A DNA stretch of 64,000 nt from Arcobacter sp. (lineage in GTDB: Bacteria > Campylobacterota > Campylobacteria > Campylobacterales > Arcobacteraceae): contig PKUK01000003.1 in assembly GCA_002869535.1 (NCBI GenBank), positions 231,347-295,346 of the forward strand. The letters are read 5' to 3'. The notes beneath the pieces are model-generated. The model saw only the letters and a list, made by a program, of their open reading frames with translations. It was not told where the DNA came from and made no database searches. Within the stretch, counting starts at the first letter, position 1. Each line of letters starts with the position of its first letter. Positions 37,224 through 48,046 of this stretch are shown here, one piece after another. The position numbers and the translations under genes were made by a program.

Positions 37224-38915
37224 TTATTCATATATGATTTGTCCATTTTTTAATTTATAAATGTAATCACATTTTTCAACTGTACTTAGCCTGTGTGCAA
37301 TTATAATTAATGTTTTACCTCTACTTATATCATAAATTTCATCCATAATTTCAGCTTCAGTTTCATTATCAAGTGCAGAAGTAGCCTCATCAAGTACTAA
37401 TATTTCAGGATCAGTGTATAATGCCCTTGCCATTGCAATTCTTTGCTTTTGTCCACCACTTAACATGATACCCCCTTCACCAACAATTGTATTTAAACCA
37501 TCTTTATTTGATAAAAATTCATATATTTTAGCTTGTTTTAGACATCTAATTATTTTATTTTCATCATATTTATTTCCAAAAACTACATTTTGTGATACAG
37601 TACCATCAAATAAATAAACAGTCTGAGGAATATAACCAATTTTTGTTCTCCAATCTCTAATATTAGTGTCAGATAGTTCCACTCCATCTATAACTATTTT
37701 TCCAGCAATAGGTTTATATAGTCCTATTATTATATCAACTAAAGTACTTTTCCCTCCACCACTTTCACCAACAAAAGCAATTTTAGAATTTTTTTCAATT
37801 TTCAAGTTAAGATTATAGAGTATGGGCTTATTTTTTTCATACTCAAAATTAATATTTATTATATTAATCTCTTTATTGAATGATACATTATCTTTACCCA
37901 ATATTTCATTATCATACATAAGATCATTATGTATAATTTCAAGTGATTTATAAGAAAATAAAATATTATTATAACTACTAATAATTCTATTAACCGAAGG
38001 CATAAGCCTATATAAAGCTAATATAAACATCGATAAAATACCAATAAGTTCAGATATATTTGATTGATAAATCCAAATCATATAAAGTACAAGAAGTATT
38101 ATAAGTCCAAAAGCAATTGCTTCCAATAAAAATTTAGGTACTTGAATTAATGTTTGTGCTATAATATTTGTTTTGGCAAAGCTGTGACTTGAATGTGAAA
38201 ATTCGTTTAAAACTAATTTATCATTAGTTTGTAACTTTATTAATTTAAAATTCCCAAAACTTTTATTAATAACCTCATAAAAATTTTGTAGTATTTCTGA
38301 TCTATTGATACCATGTTTTTTTATTCTATTAGAAATTGTTTTTAATACTAAAAAACCATTAATAAATAAAAATAAAGTCAATACTAAGGTAACCTGATAA
38401 TTTACATATAACATCATTATATAAATAAAAAGAATTATAAATAATTCACTAATTAAAAGAAGTAATGCCGATAATAAAGAGGACAAATTCGTTGCTTCAG
38501 ATACTATTGATTTAGTCAAATTTGAAGAGTTTTTTTTGACAAAATCTTTATATGCCATTCCCATATAGTTTTCAAAAAGTCTATAAACAATGAGATGAAA
38601 TCTTCCTTGGGAAAATTTTGCCATAAGATAAGTATAATAGATGTTTAAACCACTTCTTAAAATATAAAATAAGAATAGAAATATTACAAAAATAAGAATA
38701 AAATCAACATCACTTTTAAAATCTAAAAGACTATAGAATTTTGATAAATATTCATTAGTATGAATATAATTAAAATCAATTGCAATAGATAGGAATGGCA
38801 TAATTGCAGATATACCAACTACCTCAATTAATGAAACAAAAATAGAAAATACTATTAGCACTATAAAAAACTTTTTATCTCGCCTTGTTAAAATATAATT
38901 TAATTTTTTAATCAA
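37224..38915 (-). CDS. fused TMD-NBD ABC exporter (MsbA/PglK-type; candidate lipid-linked glycan flippase)
   Basis: 563-aa ORF with 6 N-terminal helices, Walker A GESGGGKST, signature LSGGQKQR and Walker B LVLDEATSALD. Confidence 0.8.
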   Translation of the reverse strand: MIKKLNYILTRRDKKFFIVLIVFSIFVSLIEVVGISAIMPFLSIAIDFNYIHTNEYLSKFYSLLDFKSDVDFILIFVIFLFLFYILRSGLNIYYTYLMAKFSQGRFHLIVYRLFENYMGMAYKDFVKKNSSNLTKSIVSEATNLSSLLSALLLLISELFIILFIYIMMLYVNYQVTLVLTLFLFINGFLVLKTISNRIKKHGINRSEILQNFYEVINKSFGNFKLIKLQTNDKLVLNEFSHSSHSFAKTNIIAQTLIQVPKFLLEAIAFGLIILLVLYMIWIYQSNISELIGILSMFILALYRLMPSVNRIISSYNNILFSYKSLEIIHNDLMYDNEILGKDNVSFNKEINIININFEYEKNKPILYNLNLKIEKNSKIAFVGESGGGKSTLVDIIIGLYKPIAGKIVIDGVELSDTNIRDWRTKIGYIPQTVYLFDGTVSQNVVFGNKYDENKIIRCLKQAKIYEFLSNKDGLNTIVGEGGIMLSGGQKQRIAMARALYTDPEILVLDEATSALDNETEAEIMDEIYDISRGKTLIIIAHRLSTVEKCDYIYKLKNGQIIYE

Positions 38916-38978
38916 TTACTATTTTCTCCTGTTAATTCATTTTTTATTACTTAAAATATTTCATATTATAAATATTAT

Positions 38979-40241
38979 TTATAACCTGCCATCAGTATCA
39001 TTTAAAATAGACTTAATATCAAATACAACATTATCATTTGTTTTTAGTTTGAACTCTTTAAACTCCTTATGAGCAACAGCTAAAACTACAGCTTTATATT
39101 CATCTATTTTTATTTCTTTTTGTAGTTCTATGTTATACTCATGTTTTACATCAGTGATATTAGCCCATGGATCATAAACATCTATATTACATCCAAATTC
39201 TCTAAGTTCTTCTATCACATCTATTACTCTACTATTTCTTATATCAGGACAATTCTCTTTAAATGTAATTCCTAACACTAATACTTTTGAACCCTCTATT
39301 TTATGACCTTTTTTTATCATAAGTTTAATTACCTGGTTAGCAACATAAATACCCATATTATCATTTAATCTTCTACCTGCCAAAATAATCTCTTGATTAT
39401 AGCCTACTTGTTGAGCCTTATGGGTTAAATAATATGGATCAACTCCAATACAATGCCCTCCTACAAGCCCTGGTCTAAATGGCAAAAAGTTCCATTTTGT
39501 TCCTGCTGCTTCTAACACTGCAGTTGTATCTATATTTAATTTATTAAATATAATTGCTAATTCATTTACAAATGCTATATTAATATCTCTTTGTGAATTT
39601 TCTATGACTTTTGCAGCTTCTGCTACTTTAATAGTAGGAGCTAGATGGGTTCCTGCAGTGATAATACTTGAATACAGCTCATTTACTTTTTTCCCAATTT
39701 CTGGTGTACTTCCAGATGTTACTTTTAGTATCTTCGTAACAGTGTGTTCTTTATCTCCTGGATTGATTCGCTCAGGGGAGTAACCACAAAAGAAATCTTT
39801 ATTGAAGACTAATCCTGAGAATTTTTCAAGAACTGGAACACAGTCTTCTTCTGTAGCTCCAGGATAAACTGTAGATTCATATATTACTATGTCATTTTTT
39901 TTGAGTATATTTCCAATAGTTTCACTAGCTTTAATAAGTGGTGTTAAATCTGGTCTTTTATTTTTATCAATTGGAGTAGGAACTGTTACAATGTAAATGT
40001 TGCAATCTTTAATATCTTCAACGTTTAAAGTAAATTCCATTTTATTATTCAGTGCTTCTTTTACTTGCTCTTCAGTTAACTCTAATGTTCTGTCATAACC
40101 ATTTCGTAACTCGTCAATTCTCCATGATGAAATATCAAATCCAACTACTTTATATTTTTCAGAAAAGGCATGAGCTAAAGGTAGGCCTACATATCCAAGA
40201 CCTATTACACATATTTTATCAGTCATTGTTTTGCTCCACAT
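38979..40241 (-). CDS. TviB/WbpO-like UDP-N-acetylhexosamine 6-dehydrogenase
   Basis: Near-collinear with recalled S. Typhi TviB ([44 protein letters not shown] with the catalytic Cys, [13 protein letters not shown]). Likely start is M6 at 40226. Confidence 0.8.
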   Translation of the reverse strand: MWSKTMTDKICVIGLGYVGLPLAHAFSEKYKVVGFDISSWRIDELRNGYDRTLELTEEQVKEALNNKMEFTLNVEDIKDCNIYIVTVPTPIDKNKRPDLTPLIKASETIGNILKKNDIVIYESTVYPGATEEDCVPVLEKFSGLVFNKDFFCGYSPERINPGDKEHTVTKILKVTSGSTPEIGKKVNELYSSIITAGTHLAPTIKVAEAAKVIENSQRDINIAFVNELAIIFNKLNIDTTAVLEAAGTKWNFLPFRPGLVGGHCIGVDPYYLTHKAQQVGYNQEIILAGRRLNDNMGIYVANQVIKLMIKKGHKIEGSKVLVLGITFKENCPDIRNSRVIDVIEELREFGCNIDVYDPWANITDVKHEYNIELQKEIKIDEYKAVVLAVAHKEFKEFKLKTNDNVVFDIKSILNDTDGRL

Positions 40242-41316
40242 TAAAAAAATCTAAATACCAATCTATAAAGTTGTTAATTCCTTCTTGTATTGGTGTTTCA
40301 GGTTTATAATTTAAATCTTCAACTAAATCACGTACGTCTGCATAAGTTGAAGGTACATCTCCTGGTTGGATGGGTAACATATTTTTTTCTATTTTTTTGC
40401 CTAGTTTGTTTTCTATAGCTTCAATAAAATCCATAAGTTTTACAGGATTATTATTTCCTATATTATAAATTTTGTATGGTGCAGATGAAGTTGAAGGTTC
40501 TTTTTTATCCCAGCTTTTATTTGCTTTAGCAGGATTATCAATAACTCTTATCACTCCTTCTACAATATCATCCACATATGTAAAATCTCTTAACATATCT
40601 CCATTATTAAAAACATCAATCGGATTACCTTCAAGTGCAGCTTTTGTAAAAAGAAAAAGTGCCATATCGGGTCTTCCCCATGGTCCATAAACTGTGAAAA
40701 ACCTAAGTCCTGTAGTTGAGATATCAAAAAGATGTGAGTAGGTATGAGCCATAAGTTCATTACTTTTTTTACTTGCAGCATATAATGAAATAGGATGATC
40801 AACATTATGATTTGTAGAAAATGGTAACTCTTCGTTTAATCCATAAACAGATGAGCTTGAAGCATAAGATAAATTTTTAACTCCATGATGTCTACAAGCT
40901 TCTAAAATATTCATAAATCCTATAATATTTGAATCCACATAAGCATCAGGATTTGTAAGAGAATATCTAACTCCAGCTTGAGCTGCTAGATTACAAACTG
41001 CATTGAACTTTTCTTGCTCAAAAAGCTGTATCATTGCTTCTTTATCTTCAAGATTTAATTTTATAAATTTGTAATTAGGATTATTCTTTGATGTAATAAG
41101 TTTCCCATATGGAATTTCTTTACCATCTTCAAGACAATCAATTATACCTGTTCTTTGTAGTCTCCCATATTTTACATTTTGGTCATAGTAATCATTTATA
41201 TTATCTAATCCTACTACCTCATCACCTCGTTCTAACAGTTTTATTGCTAAATGACTACCAATGAAACCTGCTGTTCCTGTTACTAATATTTTCAATTTAT
41301 TCCTCTTAACTATCAC
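40219..41316 (-). CDS. UDP-glucuronate 4-epimerase-like extended SDR
   Basis: 365-aa ORF with [22 protein letters not shown] (YxxxK) and [15 protein letters not shown], a hallmark of UDP-GlcA 4-epimerases. Confidence 0.7.
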   Translation of the reverse strand: MIVKRNKLKILVTGTAGFIGSHLAIKLLERGDEVVGLDNINDYYDQNVKYGRLQRTGIIDCLEDGKEIPYGKLITSKNNPNYKFIKLNLEDKEAMIQLFEQEKFNAVCNLAAQAGVRYSLTNPDAYVDSNIIGFMNILEACRHHGVKNLSYASSSSVYGLNEELPFSTNHNVDHPISLYAASKKSNELMAHTYSHLFDISTTGLRFFTVYGPWGRPDMALFLFTKAALEGNPIDVFNNGDMLRDFTYVDDIVEGVIRVIDNPAKANKSWDKKEPSTSSAPYKIYNIGNNNPVKLMDFIEAIENKLGKKIEKNMLPIQPGDVPSTYADVRDLVEDLNYKPETPIQEGINNFIDWYLDFFNVEQNND

Positions 41317-42505
41317 TATTAAATATATCTCTTGTATAGATTTTATCTTTTACATCAAGTAAATTTTCACTTAATCTATTTACTACTATTACATCAGAAA
41401 TATTTTTAAACTCTTCTAAATCTTTAATTACTCTTGAATTGAAAAATTCATCTTCAGTTATTACTGGCTCATAAACAACTACTTCGATTCCTTTTGCTTT
41501 TATTCTTTTCATAATTCCTTGAATTGCTGAACTTCTAAAATTATCACTACCTGATTTAATAACAAGTCTGTAAATACCTATAGTAGTTGTTAGGGCTTTA
41601 TGGTTAGGGGTTAGAACTTGAGCTTTCTTTATAATACTATCTGCTATAAAATCTTTTCTTGTAGAGTTTGATTCTACTATGGCATTGATTAGATTTGATG
41701 GAACATCTGCATAGTTAGCTCTTAATTGCTTAGTATCTTTTGGTAAACAGTATCCACCATAACCAAAGCTTGGGTTATTGTAATGTGTTCCAATTCTAGG
41801 ATCCAATCCAACACCTTCTATTATTTGTCTAGTGTCTAAATCGTGAGATTGAGCATAAGAATCTAACTCATTAAAATATGCAACTCTCATGGCTAAAAAT
41901 GTGTTTGCAAAAAGTTTTATTGCTTCTGCTTCTGTTGAGTCTGTAAAAAGAATATCAATATTCTCTTTTTTTGCACCTTGTACTAGTAAATTTGCAAATA
42001 GAGTTGCTCTTTCAGACTTCTCCCCAACTACAATTCTAGATGGATATAAGTTATCATATAAAGCATGTCCCTCTCTCAAAAACTCTGGAGAGAATATAAT
42101 ATTATTTGTATTAAATCTTTCTCTCAATATTTTTGTATAACCTACTGGAATAGTTGATTTTATTACCATAGTCGTATTTGGATTTATACTTAAAACATCA
42201 GAGATAACATATTCTATTGATTTTGTATTAAAATAATTAGTTTCTGGATCATAATCTGTTGGCGTTGCAATGATTACATAATCAGCATCTTTATAAGTTA
42301 TTCCTTTATCTAAAGTTGCAGTGAAGTTTAAATTATCTTTTTTTAAATACTCTTCAATCTCTTTATCTTCTATTGGAGATATTTTTTTATTTAACATCTC
42401 AATTTTTTCATGAATAATATCAAGGGCAACTACTTCATTGTGTTGTGATAATAAAACACCATTTGATAAGCCAACATACCCTGCCCCTGCTATTGCTATC
42501 TTCAT
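41306..42505 (-). CDS. ugd: UDP-glucose 6-dehydrogenase
   Basis: 399-aa ORF with [16 protein letters not shown] and [10 protein letters not shown] (catalytic Cys). Confidence 0.85.
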   Translation of the reverse strand: MKIAIAGAGYVGLSNGVLLSQHNEVVALDIIHEKIEMLNKKISPIEDKEIEEYLKKDNLNFTATLDKGITYKDADYVIIATPTDYDPETNYFNTKSIEYVISDVLSINPNTTMVIKSTIPVGYTKILRERFNTNNIIFSPEFLREGHALYDNLYPSRIVVGEKSERATLFANLLVQGAKKENIDILFTDSTEAEAIKLFANTFLAMRVAYFNELDSYAQSHDLDTRQIIEGVGLDPRIGTHYNNPSFGYGGYCLPKDTKQLRANYADVPSNLINAIVESNSTRKDFIADSIIKKAQVLTPNHKALTTTIGIYRLVIKSGSDNFRSSAIQGIMKRIKAKGIEVVVYEPVITEDEFFNSRVIKDLEEFKNISDVIVVNRLSENLLDVKDKIYTRDIFNSDS

Positions 42506-43537
42506 TTAATTTATATCTCCCAGTTTCTTCTCCCACTCATAAGCGCTTTTACATATCAATTCCAAATCTTCATATTTAGGAACCCAAGACATTTTTGATT
42601 TTATTTTTCTGTTATCTGAAACTAACATAGCTGAGTCACCATCTCTTCTTGATGTAATATCTACTTTAAAATTAGTATCTGTAGCCTTTTTTGCTACATC
42701 GATTACTTCTTTTACAGAATGACCTTTCCCATATCCAGCATTGAAAATCTCGCTTGCATTATTATCAAGATATTTTATCGCTTTTATGTGAGCATCAGCT
42801 AAATCATCCACATGAATATAATCTCGAACTCCAGTGCCATCATTTGTATCAAAATCATCACCATATATAGACATTTTTTCTCTTTTTCCCATAGCACATT
42901 CACTAGCTATTTTTATAAGGTGCGTTGCATTTGGAAAAGATTGACCTATTCTTGGAGTTAATTTATTATCTTCATAATTTATATCAGCTCCTGCTACATT
43001 AAAATATCTAAATATCATGTATTTAAAATTATCATTTAAACTTGCAGTATCTTGTAAAACTTTTTCACTCATGAGCTTACTCATACCGTATGGGTTTATT
43101 GGACTTGTGGGGTATTTTTCATCTATTCCATTTTGTGGAATATTTGTAGGCTCACCATAAACAGCAGCTGTACTTGAAAATATAAATTTTTTTACACTGT
43201 TTTCAACTGCACATTTGATTAGGTTTGTAGTATTTACTGTATTATTTATATAGTATTTTAAAGGGTTTTCAACTGATTCAGGTACAACAATACTTGCTGC
43301 AAAATGCATGATTGTATTTATATTATTTTCTTTTAATACATTATTTACTTTATCAAACTCTTTTAAGTCTAACTCTATAAATTTAAAATCTCTTATTGTT
43401 TTTAGTGTATCAAGTGTTTTTATACTACCTGTTGAAAGGTTGTCTAATATGACTATATTATAAGTTGTAGTTTCTAATAATTGTTTAGCAACATGACTAC
43501 CAATATATCCTGCGCCACCTGTTATTAATATATTCAA
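42506..43537 (-). CDS. galE: UDP-glucose 4-epimerase
   Basis: 343-aa ORF with MNILITGGAGYIGSH, YGMSKLMSE (YxxxK) and RYFNVAGA. Confidence 0.85.
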   Translation of the reverse strand: MNILITGGAGYIGSHVAKQLLETTTYNIVILDNLSTGSIKTLDTLKTIRDFKFIELDLKEFDKVNNVLKENNINTIMHFAASIVVPESVENPLKYYINNTVNTTNLIKCAVENSVKKFIFSSTAAVYGEPTNIPQNGIDEKYPTSPINPYGMSKLMSEKVLQDTASLNDNFKYMIFRYFNVAGADINYEDNKLTPRIGQSFPNATHLIKIASECAMGKREKMSIYGDDFDTNDGTGVRDYIHVDDLADAHIKAIKYLDNNASEIFNAGYGKGHSVKEVIDVAKKATDTNFKVDITSRRDGDSAMLVSDNRKIKSKMSWVPKYEDLELICKSAYEWEKKLGDIN

Positions 43538-43570
43538 GTATTATCCGTTATTCTTTAATTTAATAGAGTG

Positions 43571-43576
43571 ATTATA
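43571..43576 (-). promoter_or_regulatory. candidate -10 element (TATAAT on minus strand) for the glycan locus
   Basis: Plus-strand attata at 43571..43576 is TATAAT on the minus strand, 34 nt upstream of the galE ATG, with an A/T-rich upstream region. No experimental support. Confidence 0.3.
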
Positions 43577-43660
43577 TCGAATCAAGTCTTTAAATTGTAT
43601 TTACATTACAAGTGAAATTATAAATTTTGTTTGATTTTAAACTAATAGGTTACATGAAAG

Positions 43661-43736
43661 TGGAGGAGGTAGCCGGACTCGAACCGACGCATGGTGGATT
43701 TGCAATCCACGGCATTACCAACTTTGCTATACATCC
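43661..43736 (-). tRNA. tRNA-Cys (anticodon GCA)
   Basis: Reverse complement reads GGATGTA..TTGCAAA (loop with GCA)..GGTTCGAGTCCGGC-TACCTCC-T-CCA. T-arm, U73 discriminator typical of tRNA-Cys, and an encoded CCA. One U-C mismatch in the acceptor stem. Confidence 0.8.
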
Positions 43737-43782
43737 AGTGGAAAATCATTTTATACATAAGAAGAAAATGATTAAAGGTAAG

Positions 43783-43871
43783 TGGCAGAGAGCAAGGGAT
43801 TCGAACCCTCGGAGGCGTGAACCTCGCCGGTTTTCAAAACCGGTCCATTCGACCAACTCTGGCAACTCTCT
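43783..43871 (-). tRNA. tRNA-Ser (anticodon UGA)
   Basis: Reverse complement: anticodon stem CCGGT/ACCGG around loop TTTGAAA (UGA), long variable arm, T-arm GAGGG-TTCGAAT-CCCTT, acceptor AGAGAGT/GCTCTCT, encoded CCA. Confidence 0.8.
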
Positions 43872-43887
43872 AACATTTATATAATAG

Positions 43888-43974
43888 TGGTGCGAATGGT
43901 CGGAATCGAACCGACACTCCGAAACCGGAATGGGATTTTAAGTCCCACGCGTCTACCTATTCCGCCACACTCGC
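43888..43974 (-). tRNA. tRNA-Leu (anticodon UAA)
   Basis: Reverse complement: acceptor GCGAGTG/CATTCGC, anticodon loop CTTAAAA (UAA) in stem GGGA./.TCCC, long variable arm, T-arm GTCGG-TTCGATT-CCGAC, encoded CCA. Confidence 0.8.
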
Positions 43975-44079
43975 ACTATTTGGTAGATTCAAAGAAGTGT
44001 TATTTCTTAAAATGGAGTGGAATTATATTAAAAAAAATATTCTTTGTCAATAGTTTTTAATTTTATTTTCCAAATTTTT

Positions 44080-44088
44080 TGATATAAT
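44080..44088 (+). promoter_or_regulatory. candidate extended -10 promoter (TGaTATAAT) for ilvD
   Basis: tgatataat at 44080..44088, 30 nt upstream of the ilvD ATG, with a T-rich upstream tract. AAGGA Shine-Dalgarno at 44108..44112. Confidence 0.45.
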
Positions 44089-44117
44089 CTTTTCATATAC
44101 AAATATTAAGGATTTAT

Positions 44118-45806
44118 ATGAGAAGTGATGAAGTAAAAAAAGGTTATGACAGAGCACCTCATCGATCATTATTTAGAGCTACGGGACTAAAGGATGATGA
44201 TTTTGGTAAGCCATTTATTGGAGTTGCAAACTCTTTCATTGAAATTATCCCAGGACATTTTTTTCTAAACAAAGTTGCAGAAATAATAAAAGAAGAGATA
44301 AGAGCAAACGGTTGTGTTCCTTTTGAGTTTAACACTATTGGTGTAGATGATGGTATTGCTATGGGACATGATGGTATGTTATTTTCACTACCATCAAGAG
44401 AATTAATTGCAAACTCTATTGAAACAGTTATGAATGCACATAAACTAGATGCAATGATAGCTATTCCAAACTGTGATAAAATCGTACCAGGTATGATTAT
44501 GGGTGCAATTAGAGTAAATGTTCCAACAGTATTTGTTTCAGGTGGTCCTATGGCTAAAGGTCACACAAAAGATGGTGTACCTATTGACTTAGCAACTGCA
44601 TTTGAAGCTGTTGGAAAGTTTGAAAAAGGTGATATGACAGAAGAAGAACTTACAGATATTGAGTGTAATGCCTGTCCAAGTGGAGGTTCATGTTCTGGTA
44701 TGTTTACAGCTAACTCAATGAACACACTTATGGAAGCAATGGGGATTGCACTACCAGGAAATGGAACAATTCTAGCACTAACTCCTGAAAGAGAAGAGTT
44801 ATATAGAAAAGCGGCGAGAAGAGTATGTGAGATTGCAAAAGATAATGAATCAAGAGAAAAATTCAAATTATCAAATATATTAAATGAAAATGCAGTTAGA
44901 AATGCTTTTGCAGTTGATATGGCAATGGGTGGAAGTTCAAATACTGTTTTACATATGCTAGCTATTGCAAAAGAGGCTGGTGTTAATTTTGAATTAAGTG
45001 ATATCAATGCTATCTCTAAAAAAGTTTCTCATATTGCTAAAATCTCTCCATCTTTATCTACTGTTCATATGGAAGATATAAACAAAGCTGGTGGTGTAAA
45101 TGCTGTTATGAAAGAGATGACAAAAAGAGGTGATGATATATTAATTGATAACCTTACAGTCTCTGGAGAATCTTTATATGAAAAGATAGCAGATGCTTAT
45201 ATTAAAGATACAAATATTATTCACACTATTGATAATCCATACTCAAATGTTGGTGGATTAGCAATACTTTATGGTAATTTAGCAGAACAAGGTGCTGTAA
45301 TTAAAACTGCTGGTATTACAGGTGCACGAGCACTTACTGGTAAAGCTGTATGTTTTGATGGACAACCAGAAGCAATAGCTGGGATATTAGGTGGAAAAGT
45401 AAAGGCTGGTGATGTTGTAGTTATTAGATATGAAGGTCCAAAAGGAGGACCTGGTATGCAAGAGATGCTAGCACCTACTTCACTTATCATGGGAATGGGT
45501 CTTGGAGATAAAGTTGCACTAATTACTGATGGAAGATTTTCAGGAGCTACTAGAGGTGCAAGTATTGGGCATGTAAGTCCTGAAGCTGCCGAAGGTGGAA
45601 TGATAGGATTACTTAAAGATGGAGATGAGATTCATATTGATGTTGACCAATATATTTTAGAAGTACATTTATCTGATGAAGAGATTGCTAAACGAAAAGC
45701 AGAATTTGTTCCATTGAAAAAATCTTTAACATCAAAGTGGTTAGGACAATACAGAGCCCTTGTAACAAATGCAAGTAGCGGTGCAGTTTTAAAAACTGAC
45801 CTTTAA
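44118..45806 (+). CDS. ilvD: dihydroxy-acid dehydratase
   Basis: 562-aa ORF with canonical N-terminus [32 protein letters not shown] and [14 protein letters not shown]. Confidence 0.95.
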   Translation: MRSDEVKKGYDRAPHRSLFRATGLKDDDFGKPFIGVANSFIEIIPGHFFLNKVAEIIKEEIRANGCVPFEFNTIGVDDGIAMGHDGMLFSLPSRELIANSIETVMNAHKLDAMIAIPNCDKIVPGMIMGAIRVNVPTVFVSGGPMAKGHTKDGVPIDLATAFEAVGKFEKGDMTEEELTDIECNACPSGGSCSGMFTANSMNTLMEAMGIALPGNGTILALTPEREELYRKAARRVCEIAKDNESREKFKLSNILNENAVRNAFAVDMAMGGSSNTVLHMLAIAKEAGVNFELSDINAISKKVSHIAKISPSLSTVHMEDINKAGGVNAVMKEMTKRGDDILIDNLTVSGESLYEKIADAYIKDTNIIHTIDNPYSNVGGLAILYGNLAEQGAVIKTAGITGARALTGKAVCFDGQPEAIAGILGGKVKAGDVVVIRYEGPKGGPGMQEMLAPTSLIMGMGLGDKVALITDGRFSGATRGASIGHVSPEAAEGGMIGLLKDGDEIHIDVDQYILEVHLSDEEIAKRKAEFVPLKKSLTSKWLGQYRALVTNASSGAVLKTDL

Positions 45807-45807
45807 T

Positions 45808-45832
45808 AAATCTTGGGGGAAACCCATGATTT
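45808..45832 (+). terminator. weak hairpin just after the ilvD stop (possible terminator)
   Basis: aaatcttggg (45808..45817) pairs with cccatgattt (45823..45832). One mismatch, 5-nt loop, and only a short interrupted T-run after it. Confidence 0.3.
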
Positions 45833-45918
45833 ATTAACAAATATTAACAAAACTATTAACCTTTCATTTACATAAAAAAATTATAATTTCATTATAAACT
45901 ATTATAAAAAGGATTCAC

Positions 45919-47361
45919 ATGAAAATAAAAAATGTTCTCATGTTTAATAACAAACTACTAATTATTTCTTCACTTCTTGCAGTAAATCTATTTGCAAAAA
46001 GCATTGATTTTAATATGGCACAAGAAAATCCACAAAGAGTCTCTCCAAGTAATGCAAATGAAATTTTGTCATTTAATAATTCAATTAAAGACTCAATGCT
46101 ATCAGTTGTAAATATATCTACAAAAAAACATATGACAAACCAAGTTGGAAATCTACCAATGGAAATGTTCAATGATCCTTTATTTAGAAGATTTTTTGGT
46201 GATCAATTTGGGAATCAATTTAAACAAAATAAAATCCAAAGAGCCTTAGGTTCTGGAGTTATTGTTTCAAAAGATGGATATATTATTACAAATAATCATG
46301 TAATTGAAAATGCAGATGAAATCACAGTAACACTTTCAGGTGAAACAACTGAATATACAGCAAAACTAGTTGGAAGAGATGCTGATTCTGATTTAGCAGT
46401 TATAAAAATTGAAGCTAAAAATTTAGTTCCAATAAAAATTTCACACTCAACAGACTTAAAAATAGGTGATCTTATTTTTGCTATTGGTAATCCTTTTGGT
46501 ATAGGAGAAACTGTAACACAAGGAATTATCTCAGCACTAAATAAAAACCAAGTTGGAATCAATAGATATGAAAACTTTATTCAAACAGATGCATCTATAA
46601 ACCCAGGGAACTCAGGTGGGGCTTTAGTTGATAGTAGAGGTGCACTTATTGGAATAAATAGTGCTATCATATCTAGAAGTGGTGGAAACAACGGAATTGG
46701 TTTTGCAATTCCTATTGATATGGTAATTGAAGTAGCTACAAAACTTGTAGAAGAAGGAAAAGTTACAAGGGGTTATTTAGGTGTAGTTATTAATAACTTA
46801 ACAAAAGAGTCTGCAAAGGTTTATAATCATAAAAGTGGTGCACTTATTATGGAAGTAGGACGTGATACACCTGCTGCTAGATTTAAACTTCAAAGGGGTG
46901 ATTTAATTTTTGCTATTAATAACAAGGCTATTAAAGATAGAGCTGCTTTACAAAATACAATCGCAGGTTTTAAACAAAATGAAAAAATTGTTATCAAACT
47001 AGAAAGAGATAAAAAAGACATTACTATAAACGCAGTACTTGGTAATAGAGATGGACTAATTATAAGTGAATCAGTAAATGGAACTATCTTAGGTGGACTA
47101 CAATTAAGTGATTTAGATAACAATATTATAGATAGATTTAGATTGCCTAGAAATATTGTTGGAGTTTTAGTTACAGATGTTAAACCTAAATCAGATGCAG
47201 AAAAAGTAGGTTTTCAAGCTGGTGATGTTATTATTCAAATAGAAGATATCAATATTACTAGATTCCCTGATGTACAAGAGGCAATAAGAAAGTATAATAA
47301 TAAATACAAAAGAGTTTATGTGAGTAGACAAGGACAAACTATTTTATTAGTTATTAAATAA
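45919..47361 (+). CDS. htrA: periplasmic serine endoprotease/chaperone HtrA (DegP/DegQ family), two PDZ domains
   Basis: 480-aa ORF with a signal peptide (LLIISSLLAVNLFA), catalytic triad contexts TNNHVI, DSDLAVIKI and GNSGGAL, and two PDZ-like C-terminal segments. Confidence 0.9.
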   Translation: MKIKNVLMFNNKLLIISSLLAVNLFAKSIDFNMAQENPQRVSPSNANEILSFNNSIKDSMLSVVNISTKKHMTNQVGNLPMEMFNDPLFRRFFGDQFGNQFKQNKIQRALGSGVIVSKDGYIITNNHVIENADEITVTLSGETTEYTAKLVGRDADSDLAVIKIEAKNLVPIKISHSTDLKIGDLIFAIGNPFGIGETVTQGIISALNKNQVGINRYENFIQTDASINPGNSGGALVDSRGALIGINSAIISRSGGNNGIGFAIPIDMVIEVATKLVEEGKVTRGYLGVVINNLTKESAKVYNHKSGALIMEVGRDTPAARFKLQRGDLIFAINNKAIKDRAALQNTIAGFKQNEKIVIKLERDKKDITINAVLGNRDGLIISESVNGTILGGLQLSDLDNNIIDRFRLPRNIVGVLVTDVKPKSDAEKVGFQAGDVIIQIEDINITRFPDVQEAIRKYNNKYKRVYVSRQGQTILLVIK

Positions 47362-47386
47362 AGGATTTCCCATAATTAAAGTATTA

Positions 47387-48046
47387 ATGATTGAAGATGA
47401 TTTAGAACTAGCTGAAATCATCACAAACTATTTAAAATCTTTCGATATAGAAGTTGTAAATACAGATAGCCCATACACTGGGTTATCTATGATTAAAACT
47501 GATTCAAACTATAAGCTTTTGATTCTTGATTTGACTCTTCCTGAAATAGATGGATTAGAGCTTATTCCCAAAATAAGAGCCTCATCAGATATTCCTATTA
47601 TAATCTCAAGTGCTAGGGATGATATATTGGATAAGGTTATGGGATTAGAACGTGGAGCAGATGATTATCTTCCAAAACCATATAATCCAAGAGAACTTCA
47701 AGCTAGAATAAAAGCTATTTTAAAAAGACTAAATGTTGAACCGGCTAAAAAAAGTGAAAATTCTATTTTTGAATTAAAAAGTGAAGATATGAAAATATAT
47801 TTTCAAGATGCACTGTTAGATTTAACTATGGCAGAATTTGATATATTAAAACTTCTTATACAAAGAAAAGGTGGAGTTGTAGCAAGAGAAGACTTCATAT
47901 ATGATAGTTTACACATAGAAGATGATAGTAGTTTAAAAAATATTGATGTTATGATTTCAAGAATTAGAAATAAGATTGCCCGTGTGGATAATACAAAAAC
48001 TTACATTAAAGCAGTAAGAGGTATAGGATACCAACTATCTATATGA
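47387..48046 (+). CDS. OmpR/PhoB-family response regulator (true start probably a non-ATG codon at 47372 or 47375)
   Basis: Receiver domain (LILDLTLPEIDG, phospho-Asp context; KP motif) plus a winged-helix C-terminus (VRGIGYQL). From the ATG the protein begins MIEDD, lacking beta-1. The frame is open upstream (..IIKVL-MIEDD). Confidence 0.85.
   Translation: MIEDDLELAEIITNYLKSFDIEVVNTDSPYTGLSMIKTDSNYKLLILDLTLPEIDGLELIPKIRASSDIPIIISSARDDILDKVMGLERGADDYLPKPYNPRELQARIKAILKRLNVEPAKKSENSIFELKSEDMKIYFQDALLDLTMAEFDILKLLIQRKGGVVAREDFIYDSLHIEDDSSLKNIDVMISRIRNKIARVDNTKTYIKAVRGIGYQLSI

Noticed and set aside
43744-43773. Perfect 9-bp inverted repeat (aatcatttt / aaaatgatt, 12-nt loop) in the spacer between tRNA-Ser and tRNA-Cys.
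   Set aside because: The stem is almost pure A/T with low predicted stability. It is most simply a processing-spacer feature of the tRNA transcript, and nothing suggests a separate element.
43627-43884. 85-aa plus-strand ORF.
   Set aside because: It runs antisense through tRNA-Cys and tRNA-Ser. Its apparent coding capacity is a by-product of the GC-richer tRNA sequence.
45915-46172. 85-aa minus-strand ORF overlapping the 5' end of htrA, and similar antisense ORFs in ilvD, htrA, the ankyrin gene, recN, the T1SS genes and fusA.
   Set aside because: These ORFs lie antisense to strongly supported genes and have no independent signals. Typical spurious ORFs.
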